A stretch of DNA of 63,857 bases, the filler included, from Reticulomyxa filosa (taxonomy: Eukaryota > Protista > Foraminifera): the NCBI GenBank assembly GCA_000512085.1. It is 13 parts of 13 records of this genome, joined end to end, with 100 filler letters (N's around TTAATTAATTAA, not from the genome) between each part and the next. Parts side by side here need not be neighbours in the genome. Positions count along the whole stretch, not along the records: positions 38,425 to 45,424 come from ASPP01021055.1; positions 45,525 to 48,195 come from ASPP01012941.1; positions 48,296 to 50,150 come from ASPP01015518.1; 10 more parts are not named here. The stretch is one strand, 5' to 3'. This document shows, in pieces, positions 38,425 through 50,150 of the stretch; positions within the stretch are counted from its first letter, which is position 1; the number at the start of each line of letters is the position of its first letter. The position numbers and the translations under genes are program-made. The notes under the pieces were generated by a model. It ran no database searches, had not been told where the DNA came from, and was given only the letters and a program-made list of their open reading frames with translations.

Positions 38425-40300
38425 TGTTACATACTCGTTCGTCGATCCTGGGTAATGTCTCCAAGCTATCAAATACTCACTAACGCCACTGTTTTGGTCC
38501 ATTTTGACCGTTATATGTTAAAAAAAAAAAAAAAAAAAGTGAACACAAATACAACATATAATCCACACACATTTACATGTACATATATACTCCCTTTTTT
38601 TTTCCCTTCGTTAAGTAGATGATTACAAAAAAAAAAGAATTTAACTTTGGAGACAGAGAGTAATCCAGAACTTTTTCAGGAAAGAAGGTCCCCGTCCGAG
38701 CGTATTTTCTTCTTTTCTGAAGGACGTCCATGTTGTTCTGAGTATATTCTCGACACGTTTTGCAAAAGTAGTCACTGTAAGGATCTTCATTATACGTTTT
38801 CGTTGGAAATATTGCATTCACGTCGCATGGGCAACTTCATTCCCCCCCCCCCCATCATCATCATCATCAATCAACAAATGGCATTAAAAAAAAAATTGCT
38901 TTGATTTAGTCAAAATTTTTTATTCTCTCTCTCTCTCTCTCTCTTTCTCTCATTATATTTATTTATCTCTTCTTCATTAAAAAAAACAACAACAAACGAG
39001 ATATGAGAAGACACGTTGCAGTCACAGTAAATAGCAAATCTGCTGGGATTGTCGTCCATGCCACATTCAAAGCACGTTATATGTGCAGCTGGGTCTTCCG
39101 GTTTGATAAGTGTCCCACCAAAGATTTGGTGTCGATCTGTTTGTAAACAGTAGAAGAGATAGAAGAGAATCATATCCGATATACATGGATATACATATAT
39201 ATGTATATGTATATGTATATGTATATATTACGTAATACAAACGCAACATTGAAATCGATTAAAATACCAATCGACACAAGATGCAGAACTTTTTCTCACA
39301 ACATAATATAAATGTCCAATGACAAAACAAAAGCCCTCTTCACTAATGAAATGCTTTTTCTTATAAGTGATAAGATATTTCTCACGTCTGTTTATATGTA
39401 TGAATTGTTTTTCCACAAATTTTTTTTTTTTTGAAAAACGGGGGGGGGGGGGGCACTACAGCAACACTCAAAAAAAAAAAAAAAAAAGGGGGGGAAAAAA
39501 AAGCAAACCGCTGGGTAATGGCACATTTGAAGAGCAATGCGTCAAGATTGCTTATCACTTGTTTCTCTCTTTGGACAAACAAGTGAGTAGAGACATTGGA
39601 GGTGTCAGAAGAAAGAACGCATTGTAACAAGTCGGGCAAACTGATCCATTTGCCATACAAACTCTGATCCTCGGTTGCTTTGCAACCTTCTTTTGCTTCA
39701 AACAACTCAATGCTATAACTGGCTTTGTTGCTCCCTTGTTGTTGCTGTGGACTTTCTTCTCTATTCCCAACGGTGGACACTTGAATATGCTGATGCACAT
39801 ATGTGTCTCTTTCCAAAAAATGCTCGTCGTTTGACAAGTCAATCACTTCGACGTTCAGTGGTCCATTCTCTTTATTTTGTGCTAAAGGGTCTTGCCATTT
39901 TTCTTTTTGTGTCCCTTTTGCATTGTGATCTTGTTCATGCTCTTTATTTTTTGATTGATTTACTTTCGGTCTTTTCTGTAAAATCTTTTTTTTTTTTTAT
40001 GTGAATCTCCTTTTTTTTTTTTTTTAGTTTTGTGACACACCTAACCCTGATAGACTGGGCTCGCTTGTACTTCTTTGGCTGAGGGGCCAGTTCTGAAACA
40101 TTATCCGGCGGCAAACGACGCTTGGCTATATTCTCTGTGAGACTCTTCAACGTCTCATTATATTGATGATTTTGGAGACCCAGATATTCTGGGTTCAACG
40201 CTAGGCTATCGTCATTCAAGTTCATCTCCGTTCTCAAATCTATCCGTCGTACAACATTGACTTTGTACTACTCTTTTTCTTCCTCCACAATCTTGCTCAA
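38425..40300 (-). CDS. Multi-exon hypothetical nuclear protein with a PHD-like Cys cluster
   Basis: Exons encode ITCFECGMDDNPSRFAIYCDC and DYFCKTCREY, plus a basic PQPKKYKR segment. The exon structure is only partly resolved. Confidence 0.45.
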
Positions 40301-40932
40301 CTTAATTTAGGGGAAGTAGAAGAGGAAGGAGCAGTAGATAACGATTTTTTAGTCGCCAATTTCCTAGTATGTAGGAACATGGTGGATTATATCTTCGATT
40401 TTTTTTCCCAATTGCTGTCCTCCTGTGTTTGGAACCCAACCGAACAAGAGAAATTTGAAAGAATTTAAACTTGCAAAATGGAATCTATTGCATTTTAAAA
40501 TATCTATTATTGCAACCACCCTAAAATAGCAGCTGCTATTATAGTTATTTGCATTTCCCAAATCTAGTGATGTGATTCAAATATATTGAATGATCGAAAT
40601 ATTAAGTGACCAGACACGCATCAAATGTGTAAATATATTATTATTTAAATTTAGTTACTAATGTATGAGTGGTAACGCCGTAATTTATTGTATCAGTTTT
40701 CTTTACATATTACAATGTTAAGTTCCCAAAGATGAAAGATTTTAGTTTGAAAATTAGCATAAAAGTTAAGAAGAATATGCATGAAATAGAGTGGATAAGT
40801 TTATATTAATTACTTCCAATAAAAGTAAATACTGACGTTGCACAAGGTTGTGAAAATCTTCCCAATTAGGATACGCACTTCGAAATCCATTTACGAAAAG
40901 TTTGAGAGTAAAACGCCGTGCAACCTGCGATA

Positions 40933-41991
40933 ATGTTGAGACCCAAAAAAAAGACAAATTCTACAAAGCAAACTGCGTCAAATTCAATTGCCCATGACAA
41001 ATCATTTCGCGATAACCTACAAGAATTATTGAAAAATATGAATGAAACTCTGCCAGTGCTGGAGAACGAGCACCGATTGTTGAAGTTTTTAATTTTTCGA
41101 AAAAGAAACTACCACCGTGTAAGAAAGCCATTTCAATACTTGATGGAAGTGCACCGAAACCACACAAAGCTATTACAACATCTCAAACATATATCCCAAG
41201 TTATTCGTTATTTCCTAACACAATACCACACCGGCGCAATCGCGCAACAGCATCGCCAAGCGGTGGAGGATATGCTCAACCATTGTGGTGAGCAAACGCA
41301 TGTTTTCATTGGAAAAGTGTTAAAATGTAGTGGTGGGTTTATTGGCGAGTATTTGACTACTCAGCACCATATATCACTCTGTTACACCTCCTTGAGCATT
41401 TTAGGACGCTTTCATTGCATCATCGTCTTCTTAAATAACACACTTGCACGATGTTTGAACTCCACGTCCATGCATTGGTACCATAGCCTTTCTGAAAAAG
41501 ACGTAAAAACTTGTCACCATGCATCATTTCCTGTTCGTGCTTTATGTGTGTATCGACCACATAGAGAAAAAAAAACCTCCAGTACCATCAAAGAGAAAAT
41601 AAATTACTCGGAGATGGACAAACTTGTGGAAGCAAGGAAATGTGCTATCATTGAAGACAAAAAAGTTAACAAAAATTTAACATCTGTGATAACCCCGAAG
41701 CCCACTTCAAACGAATACAAGAATACAATGTTGCAAAAACTTCAAATTAAAATCTCTGCAAACAATGTCAATGCTAAACCACCCGTAGCAACAAAGAGAC
41801 CACTCACCCAAATGAAAAGCACTGACGTTACAACAACAAAAAATCAAAATATCATCTCTAAAAAGAAAAAGGTAAATTCAAATCAACAGTCTTCGAAGCC
41901 GGTTGACACCAAGCCGGAAAAAAAAGTAGAGGAAATAACTCAAGTACCGCAAGATGAAATTGACAGCATTTTTGACGATCTAGACATTTAA
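40933..41991 (+). CDS. NEPRO/Rmp1-like (DUF4477) nucleolar protein, single exon
   Basis: LENEHRLLKFLIFRKRNYHRVRKPFQYLMEVHR resembles the DUF4477 E..L....Y(K/R)..N.HR motif. It has a Lys-rich tail ending DEIDSIFDDL. Confidence 0.55.
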   Translation: MLRPKKKTNSTKQTASNSIAHDKSFRDNLQELLKNMNETLPVLENEHRLLKFLIFRKRNYHRVRKPFQYLMEVHRNHTKLLQHLKHISQVIRYFLTQYHTGAIAQQHRQAVEDMLNHCGEQTHVFIGKVLKCSGGFIGEYLTTQHHISLCYTSLSILGRFHCIIVFLNNTLARCLNSTSMHWYHSLSEKDVKTCHHASFPVRALCVYRPHREKKTSSTIKEKINYSEMDKLVEARKCAIIEDKKVNKNLTSVITPKPTSNEYKNTMLQKLQIKISANNVNAKPPVATKRPLTQMKSTDVTTTKNQNIISKKKKVNSNQQSSKPVDTKPEKKVEEITQVPQDEIDSIFDDLDI

Positions 41992-42269
41992 TTTTTGGAA
42001 TAATATCGGTTTGGTAATTTTAAATGTTAACATTTAGATGATATCGTATTATCAAGGTTTGTGTTAGTTGCTACATTATTCAGTCTTTCTTTTCATCAAA
42101 ATATGTCTTCAAAAATTTGAAAAGAACTAATAAAAAAGTTATATCTAAACGAGAAAAAAAAAACAAATACAGACCCAAAACAAGAGTGTTAAATCCAAAA
42201 AAAAATACAAAAAATAATTGGCTCACATTTCATAGTGGCATTTAAAACACTAAGATCATTTTAAATTAA

Positions 42270-44342
42270 CTTTAACTGTGTACCCGATTTTCTTTGTCCA
42301 TATTTCGCCTTTTGACGTTTTAAAAATGATTGGCTTGCCTTTTGGATCATATCTTTTTTTAATACACAAACAAAATAATTTTTTGTCTTAAATATTTTAT
42401 TTTTTTTTGGCTGAGTCGAATGCAAAACTGTGGGCCATTGATGGATATCTTGACAACAGTGAGGTTGTCAACAAAAGTGCCATCTATTGTCACAACTGGG
42501 ACAAATTCAATAGTTAGTTTAGAAACTAAAGTGTGAGGTTGGAATTGAGCTACACGTCCTTCCAAACGATCACGAAAGTCTTTTGGCCTCATATTTTGTT
42601 AATTTAATGCCCTTAATATTTTTCTCTTTATCAATTCCAACAAATATGCTTCCGCCTTCACTGTTCACGAACGCGTTTACTGCGTGTTCACTTCTCTCTA
42701 CCAATCTATCAAACAGATGCAATCATTGACAACGCTGCCCACGTAACATATATAGTTATTCATTTATGTAATGTCAAAACAAACTAAACTCAGATAATTC
42801 AAATTTATCGAATGAAATAAGTTCATTTTGCAATGGCCTGTTTTGGTCATCGAACTGAGTTTGCAATACATAAAAAGAGGCATTATATAAAGTCATGGTT
42901 CTCTCAGCATTCATGCATTGGATCAACATTTCATCCAACAAGCGATTGATTGGACGAACATTGACAGCAAATTTTCCGTCGTTACTATCAAAAAGACAAG
43001 GGCCCCCCTCTTTCAGTTTTCCTTTTCCATGCAAGGTTTCTTTTTCGTCTTCCACATTCCAACGCGCACTTTCTTCCAATGTGACTTGATACATCCCCAA
43101 CTTGCAATAAATCCATCCGTTGCCCAATCGAGAAGGGAGCAATGCTAGTGTTCCAACCTGATCATTAGAGCGTCCGCTTCCAAACTCTCCGCTCACAAAC
43201 TCAATTTTTTTCCCCTTTTTTTTTTTTTTTTTTAATTTTTTTATTTTTGAGGAAGTGAAAAAAAAAAAGAGGAAATTTTTTTTTAAAAAAAAAAAGTGTG
43301 CGTATAAGACAACAACAACATTATCACACACGTAACATATTTTCCTTTGTATTTTGTAGTGGGTGCTGGAGGTGATTTTCGTGCCAAAGGGACTAATGTA
43401 CGGCTTCTTTGCATTGACACGGTTGGGTTTATCATTTCTTCAACCGAGAGACCATATGGATTGTTTTTGTTTTCAGTTTCGCCCGTTTCACCCTTGGCAA
43501 GTATGTCATCCGCGGTCAGTGTTTTTTTAAGTTTGCGATCCGTTGGTTTAACAACGTTTGCTTGCACTGGCACATCACGTGTGCCTTCTTTTACCACTGT
43601 GTTATTGTTATTGTTGTTGTCGTCGGTGTTGGTGATCAAAAGATGTGCCTTGTTTTGAGATGGTTTGGTCGGCGGCTGTTTTGGTGGTAGTTTTGGAACG
43701 GGAGGGGGAGGGCAATTGCTTTGCTCTGTTTCTTTGTTCTTGGTGTCGTCATTTCGCGGGTTGTTCGATTTTGACAATGCTTTCGCTTTTTGCTTTTCAG
43801 GCAACTTTTTTTTTTTTTTTTTTTGGGTTATTAGTTTAAAAAAAAAAAAAAAAATATGCAGATTTACCTTTGGCATTCCCGGCAATGGTGAAGGAGTACG
43901 TATTTCACTTTTCTCCTATTTTTGATATAAACAACATTAGAAATGGCTCGCATCAACAATTTTTCCTTGTTTTTGTGCTTATTTTTTTATTTGCCAAACA
44001 AAAAATGTGGCGAACAGCTGCTGGATTGGTCTTAGAAGTTCTAGTGCTCAACGCGTCACTTTTGGTTGGCTTCTTGGTCGATGTTGAGTTTGTCTTACGT
44101 GCAGATGATGGAGACGGCTTGTTCGCCTGCTTTTGTACTTCAGGCTTTTTTTTGGAAGCTGCTACGACACTGTAGGAAACTGAAGGGGGTTGCTTGGGAT
44201 TAGGCCCAGCGTTTGCCGTTTTTTCGGAATTGCTTTTTGTTTCCTCACTTTTCTCATTGAGAGACGACGGAGGAACAGGGGCGAGCTTTTTTGGAGGAGG
44301 TGGTGCCATTTTTTTAGGCGGAGGTAGTGCAATTTTTGACAT
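42270..44342 (-). CDS. Multi-exon hypothetical protein with a Pro/Lys-rich N-terminus and a beta-rich C-terminal region
   Basis: ORF segments 43953-44342, 43283-43885, 42774-43331 and 42359-42592 are on one strand and separated by GT-AG introns. PPPKK and PPPPVPKLPP motifs are present. Confidence 0.6.
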
Positions 44343-45179
44343 TGTAACACTTTAATTGAAAACGTCTCTTTTGATATTTAGAAAAAAATTTTATGACACA
44401 GGGACAACGTCACACACAAAGTTATGCTTTTAAACAAAACAACAATATTTAGTAAATACAAGATAAAAATGAATGCATATATATAATTTCTTATTTAAAT
44501 TCTTAATTTCGAAAATATATTATATTAATAAAAAGTGCAAAGCATGTACAAATTTTGGTGTATACATTAAATATAATATATTTATTAACTACATGAATAT
44601 TTATTAGTGTACATATTATATTTTCATAGTTGAAATAATATGACGTATTGTGATAATATAATATTAAGAAAATAGTATATTGAAAATTATGACAATAACA
44701 ATTCAAGATTAACATTCAAGATACGTTATTGTATTGACTATTATTACGTTTAAACTGTATATAATCATTAATAAATACATAGTGATATTTGATAGATTAA
44801 AGCAAAATAATAAATATTTTTAAAAATATTTCTTTAATAATATGTTTATAACTAATTATTTACATAAGATAATATGAAAAATTAATTGACATTTTCGTTT
44901 TATCAAATGATCAAATAAATCAGTATGTATTGTACGTAAAATAGAAGAAATTATTCAAATATTTTGATCAAACATTAATTGAATGCTTTTTCTTCTTTCA
45001 AATATAATTGCATCATAGAATTACTTGTCCCATTTGCAATAAGATATCGATATTTTTTCAACTTTAGTAGTTGTTTGTACATCCAATTAGATTTTATGAC
45101 TTGTTAACATTTTATTTGTAAAATCAAAAAAATATGTTAACTTCGCTGATTGAAAAAAAAATATATAAAGTATTATTAT

Positions 45180-45310
45180 AAAATATTTTGAAACTGCTAA
45201 GAAAAGTTGATAAATTTCATTGTTGCTATATAATCACAATTGTCAACTTTTTCTAAAAATTTTGAAAAATCAATAAAATATTCAAATTTTTCAAACAATT
45301 GGTCTAAATG
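45180..45310 (+). repeat. AT-rich dispersed repeat, copy 1 (about 130 bp)
   Basis: AAAGTTGATAAATTTCATTGTTGC..ATTGTCAACTTTTT..AAAATCAATAAAATATTCAAATTTTTCAAACAATT also occurs, diverged, at about 51075-51190. Confidence 0.65.
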
Positions 45311-46124
45311 TCGTTTCATACAAAAATGCAAATTTATCGCAAAATACTGAATGATTTTGGAATTATTTTATTGAATTTCAGTTATGTTTTTTTTAAACTA
45401 ATAAATAAAGGAAAAAAGGTATACNNNNNNNNNNNNNNNNNNNNNNNNNNNNNNNNNNNNNNNNNNNNTTAATTAATTAANNNNNNNNNNNNNNNNNNNN
45501 NNNNNNNNNNNNNNNNNNNNNNNNTTATTGTTTTTCTTTGTTTGATTTTACTCTGTTTTGTATTTTACAAACGTTTTTTTTTTTGAAACTTTTATACGTA
45601 TCAATTTCGGCTGCTTCATCACACACCCGTCATACCATTATATAGAGAGTTACCGGCTCACGCGAAAATAGATATACAATCAAAATCTTCTTATATTTAG
45701 TACAAATATATAAGCAAACATATGTAAGATTTTAGACTTTTTCCGCAATATTAATTTTGAAAGAAAAAACACACGTATATTTTTGGCTGCCCACTCTAGG
45801 TTCAATGTTCCCTTTTTTAAGTTAAAAAAGAAATTGTTGTTTACAAAATTTACTCCTCATTTCACCATTATAGAAAAGCCTTCAAAGGGCATTTTTCTTA
45901 TTCAATTGCTGTATGGTTTGTCAGAATTGATTAGTAATACAACAAAATTCAAAGAGGTCACTATTGGAATTTTATTTGGAAAAGGTTGGGTTTCTGTGAG
46001 ATCGTTATAAAAGTTTTCCGACAAAAACTCTACTTTCCATCACCTGCGTAAAACAAGGAAAGGGGGGTGTAAAAAAAAAGATCAAACAGCGCCTATTTTT
46101 GGTGAAGCCAGACTTTATAAAGGA

Positions 46125-47360
46125 ATGGATCAGTCAAAACTAAATGGAAACGTAAATACTGCGACTAGTCCCGTAAAACAAGTGAAAAATTTGGTAAGAC
46201 AGTCGTGTATTTCATGCGCAAAAAAAAAAAAAAAAAAAATGAAAAATAAAAAATAAAGAAAAACAAAACAAATGACAATAAAAAAAATTAGACACAAAAA
46301 GAAGTACAAATTATCCTAAAAATTGGCTTCATTGTGAGTCAATTAATTGGGGATGGATTGAAGATTTTTGCAAAATTATTTATGAATTTGTTGAGTCATT
46401 TAACTTTTTTCTCCCTTTGTTTTTTTTTATCTCCTGGCAAGGTAAAAACATTCCTTAAAAAAAAAAAAAAAAAATGGTAAGGCGAAATATTTTATGCAAG
46501 TGAAAACTTTCAAACGGCGCTTACGCAATGTAACGAATGTAAAATTTTCGCCGGATGGTCTTAACCTTGCCTGCACTCAAGGCAAGATGATTCGACTATG
46601 GGATATACACTCTGGTAGAACGCTTTACAAATTCGAAGGGCATTCTGATTGGGTGAATTCTGCGCACTTTTCGCGCAGGTCGAAAAAAATGGTGTCATGT
46701 TCACGTGATCAGACCATCTGTATATGGGATACGTCCTCTGGACAAAAGGTGCAAACGTTGAATGGTCATTTGAGTAATGTAACAGGTGCACAATTTTCGC
46801 CAGATGATCAAACTGTTGTGTCATGTTCGTGGGATCAAACCATTCGATTTTGGGATGCTGCATCAGGGCAAGAAATACAAAAACTGCAACAACTACCAAT
46901 TATGCTGAAAAATGTGCAATATTCTCTTGATGGACGTACCATTTTGTTTTTTAATTTAAATGAAATCCAAGTCTATGACTGTGAGTTAACTCGTCAAATA
47001 CACAGAATCGAAACACACAACGGTATCCTAAATGATGTGCAGTTCTCACCAGATGGTCGTACCATTGTGTCTTGCTCAAAAGACAGAACGATTCAAGTAT
47101 GGGATACAAAGACAGGAGAACAGGTACAAATATTTCAAGGACATCCCAAAAAAATATGTGCAGTCAAGTTCTCTCCTGATGGCTCAAAAATTATGTCCTC
47201 TTCTGCCGATCAAACCATTCGGATATGGGATATGAAATCGGCACTACTACTACAGACACTGAAAGGGCATACCGATATTGTGACAAGTTTTGATTTGTCA
47301 CCAGACTGTAGCACTATTGTGTCATATTCTCATGATAAAACAATTCAATTCTGGGGATGA
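46125..47360 (+). CDS. WD40-repeat protein (about 7 repeats) with a lineage-specific N-terminal leader; 3 exons
   Basis: GHSDWVNSAHFS..SCSRDQTICIWD, GHLSNVTGAQFSPD..SWDQTIRFWD, FSPDGRTIVSCSKDRTIQVWD and others. Exon 1 is about 46125-46193, exon 2 about 46293-46389. Confidence 0.92.
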
Positions 47361-48295
47361 ACAATGGCATTACAACATTTCTTTAGCTTCAAGAGAGTAA
47401 ATTGAAAAAAAAAGAAGTTCGCTCAAGAAAAATTGCACCGTGCACCACCAAGAAATATGAACAAAGATCAATGAAAGATAGACTGAATTTCTAGCGAAAA
47501 CGGTTGGGTGATGTCCAAAATTTTTACTTAATAAAGTTTTTCGAAAATATAACTTAAAGAAAGTTTGGCTTTTGACTTTGTCTTTGCAATAATTTTCAGA
47601 AAAACCGTACTAAAATTATAATTGAATGAGGACAATAAAAACTTCAGAGATCTTGTAGTGACACTACTTACGTTACAATGGAGTCAGTATGCTCCAAATA
47701 TTTCAATTTTCTTTTCAATTTAATTTCACAAAACTCATTTTCACTTTTCTTAAAAAAGTACTTTCCCGCTCCAGATTCTCCACAATCTACGAATATAATC
47801 CCAATTAAATACAAAAATCAAAATATTTCTCTACAGAAAATTTTGGTTAATTTTTTTTTAATTGTTTATTACTTTCTTAATTAGAAATATATTATTGGGA
47901 ACACGATATGCAGTCCACCCAATGATAGGCTTTACATCTCTGTGAAGTGATAATTGATGTTTATTTATTTTGAACTTTTACAACAAAAAAATTATGTTTC
48001 ATTGATAAAAATGCAAATGTTTTTATATTGGCTCATTTTAGGGGTTCTTTTTGGTATTGATTATACGGAATAATCTACGTATAAAAATAAAATAGGAAGA
48101 TTTGTGGGTATAAACCTTTGTTTATGTTGTATTGCCCTTTAATCAAACTTGAGGACATTTTTAATGTCCTTTATTAACGTACAAAGCACAGGGGGNNNNN
48201 NNNNNNNNNNNNNNNNNNNNNNNNNNNNNNNNNNNNNNNTTAATTAATTAANNNNNNNNNNNNNNNNNNNNNNNNNNNNNNNNNNNNNNNNNNNN

Positions 48296-48477
48296 AATTT
48301 CTTGCCCACCTTATAAAAGCTTGGTCGAAATTCTCCATAAAAGATAGGTATAGACACACTAGGATATCCACACTCTCTGCCATAAAACTGATTGTCATAA
48401 ACCCTTAACTTGACGCGTATGGTTCTTTAAACGCTCCCTAATTGGGAGCTGAAGTTATGAGTTTCGAAAGAAGTCTA
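48296..48477. mobile_element. Terminus of an IS5-family/RPE-like element inserted in fur
   Basis: The minus strand switches abruptly from Fur sequence to TAGACTTCTTTCGAAACTC. From memory this resembles the terminal inverted repeats of Rickettsia RPE-1 and Wolbachia IS5 elements. An internal hairpin GCTCCC-TAATT-GGGAGC lies at 48433-48449. Confidence 0.5.
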
Positions 48478-48734
48478 TTGCTCTCCATAAGTTCGTACCT
48501 AGCTTTCCCTTCTCTAAATTCCAGCTTCTCGATGATTCCATAGCTCTCAAATAAGTTGATAGTACGATATACAGTTGCTAAGCTGATGCCAGAATCAACT
48601 TCACTGGCTCTCTTATAAACTTCATCTGCATTTGGATGATCTTTAGCTTCAGAAATAACTTGTGCAATCACCTTTCGTTGCTCTGTCATTTTTAAACCTT
48701 TATCAATACATGCTTATTCTATCTTTGAAACCAT
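48478..48734 (-). pseudogene. fur: Alphaproteobacterial Fur-family regulator pseudogene
   Basis: MVSKIE*ACIDKGLKMTEQRKVIAQVISEAKDHPNADEVYKRASEVDSGISLATVYRTINLFESYGIIEKLEFREGKARYE. There is an in-frame TAA at 48714-48716, and the His-rich metal-binding/dimerisation half is missing. Confidence 0.88.
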
Positions 48735-48856
48735 ATACCACTGCTTTACTCAAAATATATTCAACTATTATAATATTTATTAAGCTTCTTCTAGTTAAAA
48801 AGTAATTTTTATATATAATGGGGATGATTTAAAAGAACAATTAACCAGAAAATATC

Positions 48857-49594
48857 ATGGATGAAGTTAATGTTATCTGTATGAAATGGGGAACTCTCTA
48901 TTCCCATGATTATGTGAATAATTTATATAATTCGGTCAAAAAAAATCTTAAAAAGCCATTTAAATTTATTTGTTTCACCGAAGATGCGACTAATATCGAC
49001 AAAGAAATCATAATTAAACCGTTACCTGAAGTTAATGTTCCGGATAAACACCAAGTTTCCCCATGGGAAAAATTAGGTGCTTACGCTAAAGACTTAGGTG
49101 GTCTTTCTGGAAAGACCATGTTTTTAGATTTGGATAATATCATAGTTGATAATATCGATTGCTTCTTTGATTTTTCTAATAAACTTTCCATAGTAGAGAA
49201 TTGGACACAAATTGGTAAGGGAATTGGCAATTCTACTGTCTTTGTTTTTGAAATAGGTAAATATTCTTTTCTATTAGATAACTTTAATAAAGATCCGATG
49301 AGTGTTATCGAGAAATATGACAATGAACAGATATATGTTTCTAAAACTTTAGGTAATGAATTAGTTTTTTATCCTGAAACATGGTGTAAAAGTTTTAAAA
49401 AGCATTGCCTAAGGGGAAAAAGATTTTTCAAATATTTTGTAGAACCTAAAATACCTTATAATGTTAAAATAATCGCCTTTCATGGACATCCTCGCCCTCA
49501 TGAAGCTCTAGAAGGTAAATGGCCTGGTACCATTATACCATATTTTAAAAAACCTAAGTGGTTGGCAAAGTATTGGGTTATAGCCAATGATTAA
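48857..49594 (+). CDS. Bacterial GT-A fold glycosyltransferase
   Basis: VICMKWGTLYSHDYVNNLY..FICFTED, DxD motif FLDLD, and IIAFHGHPRP. Intronless, and overlaps the start of the next gene as in an operon. Confidence 0.8.
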   Translation: MDEVNVICMKWGTLYSHDYVNNLYNSVKKNLKKPFKFICFTEDATNIDKEIIIKPLPEVNVPDKHQVSPWEKLGAYAKDLGGLSGKTMFLDLDNIIVDNIDCFFDFSNKLSIVENWTQIGKGIGNSTVFVFEIGKYSFLLDNFNKDPMSVIEKYDNEQIYVSKTLGNELVFYPETWCKSFKKHCLRGKRFFKYFVEPKIPYNVKIIAFHGHPRPHEALEGKWPGTIIPYFKKPKWLAKYWVIAND

Positions 49595-50107
49595 TTTTAA
49601 ATATAACCAGTTAGTTATATTACCTCTTACATTATTAATTGCGTTTCTTACCAACCTTTTAAGCATTAAAGCTGTACTGGTCATTATTGTTTACATTTTA
49701 CTTTGTTGGATGTACTTCAAAAATCGGTTAAAGCCTTCGTTAAAGTTCGCTACATATATATTGATATTTATCATAGCTATAATGCTATCAATGCATTTAT
49801 TTCCTGGATTTCATAATATTAAAATAGCAGATAACATCGTTTTATCAGAGAATTCAACCCCTTATAGTTTATGGTTAAATATTGATCAGGTAATTATTGG
49901 TTATACAATTCTATATTTTGCTTATATCCATATGTGACTAATCGCTTTTGAACCTAAGATCCCGAATATTCTATTCATTTGGGGATTAGTAAATCTATTC
50001 ATTGTCTGCGTATATGAAGAAGCTTTATTCAGAGTATTTTTGCAAGGCTCATTAGACAAATATTTTAGCAAACTACCATTTGCAGTAATTTTAAGCATTA
50101 TCATTGC
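49587..50107 (+). pseudogene. CPBP/Abi (CAAX-type) intramembrane metalloprotease pseudogene
   Basis: Hydrophobic N-terminus (HLFPGFHN..YSLWLNID), then an in-frame TGA at 49935-49937, then LIAFEPKIP..VCVYEEALFRVFLQ (EExxxR motif). It is truncated before the His motifs. Confidence 0.75.
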
Positions 50108-50150
50108 TGTCCTTGCCCCGTAAAATTGATGCAGAAACAGGTTAGTAGTT
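50108..50150 (+). mobile_element. Possible IS3-family terminal inverted repeat at the contig end
   Basis: TGTCCTTGCCCCGTAAAATTGATGCAG starts with TG exactly where CPBP homology stops. It resembles IS3-family ends. No transposase sequence is visible. Confidence 0.35.

Noticed and set aside
48714-49937. In-frame TAA in fur and TGA in the CPBP gene as an alternative genetic code
   Set aside because: The neighbouring glycosyltransferase uses TGG for Trp and ends normally in TAA. Both interrupted genes are also truncated, so pseudogenisation is simpler.
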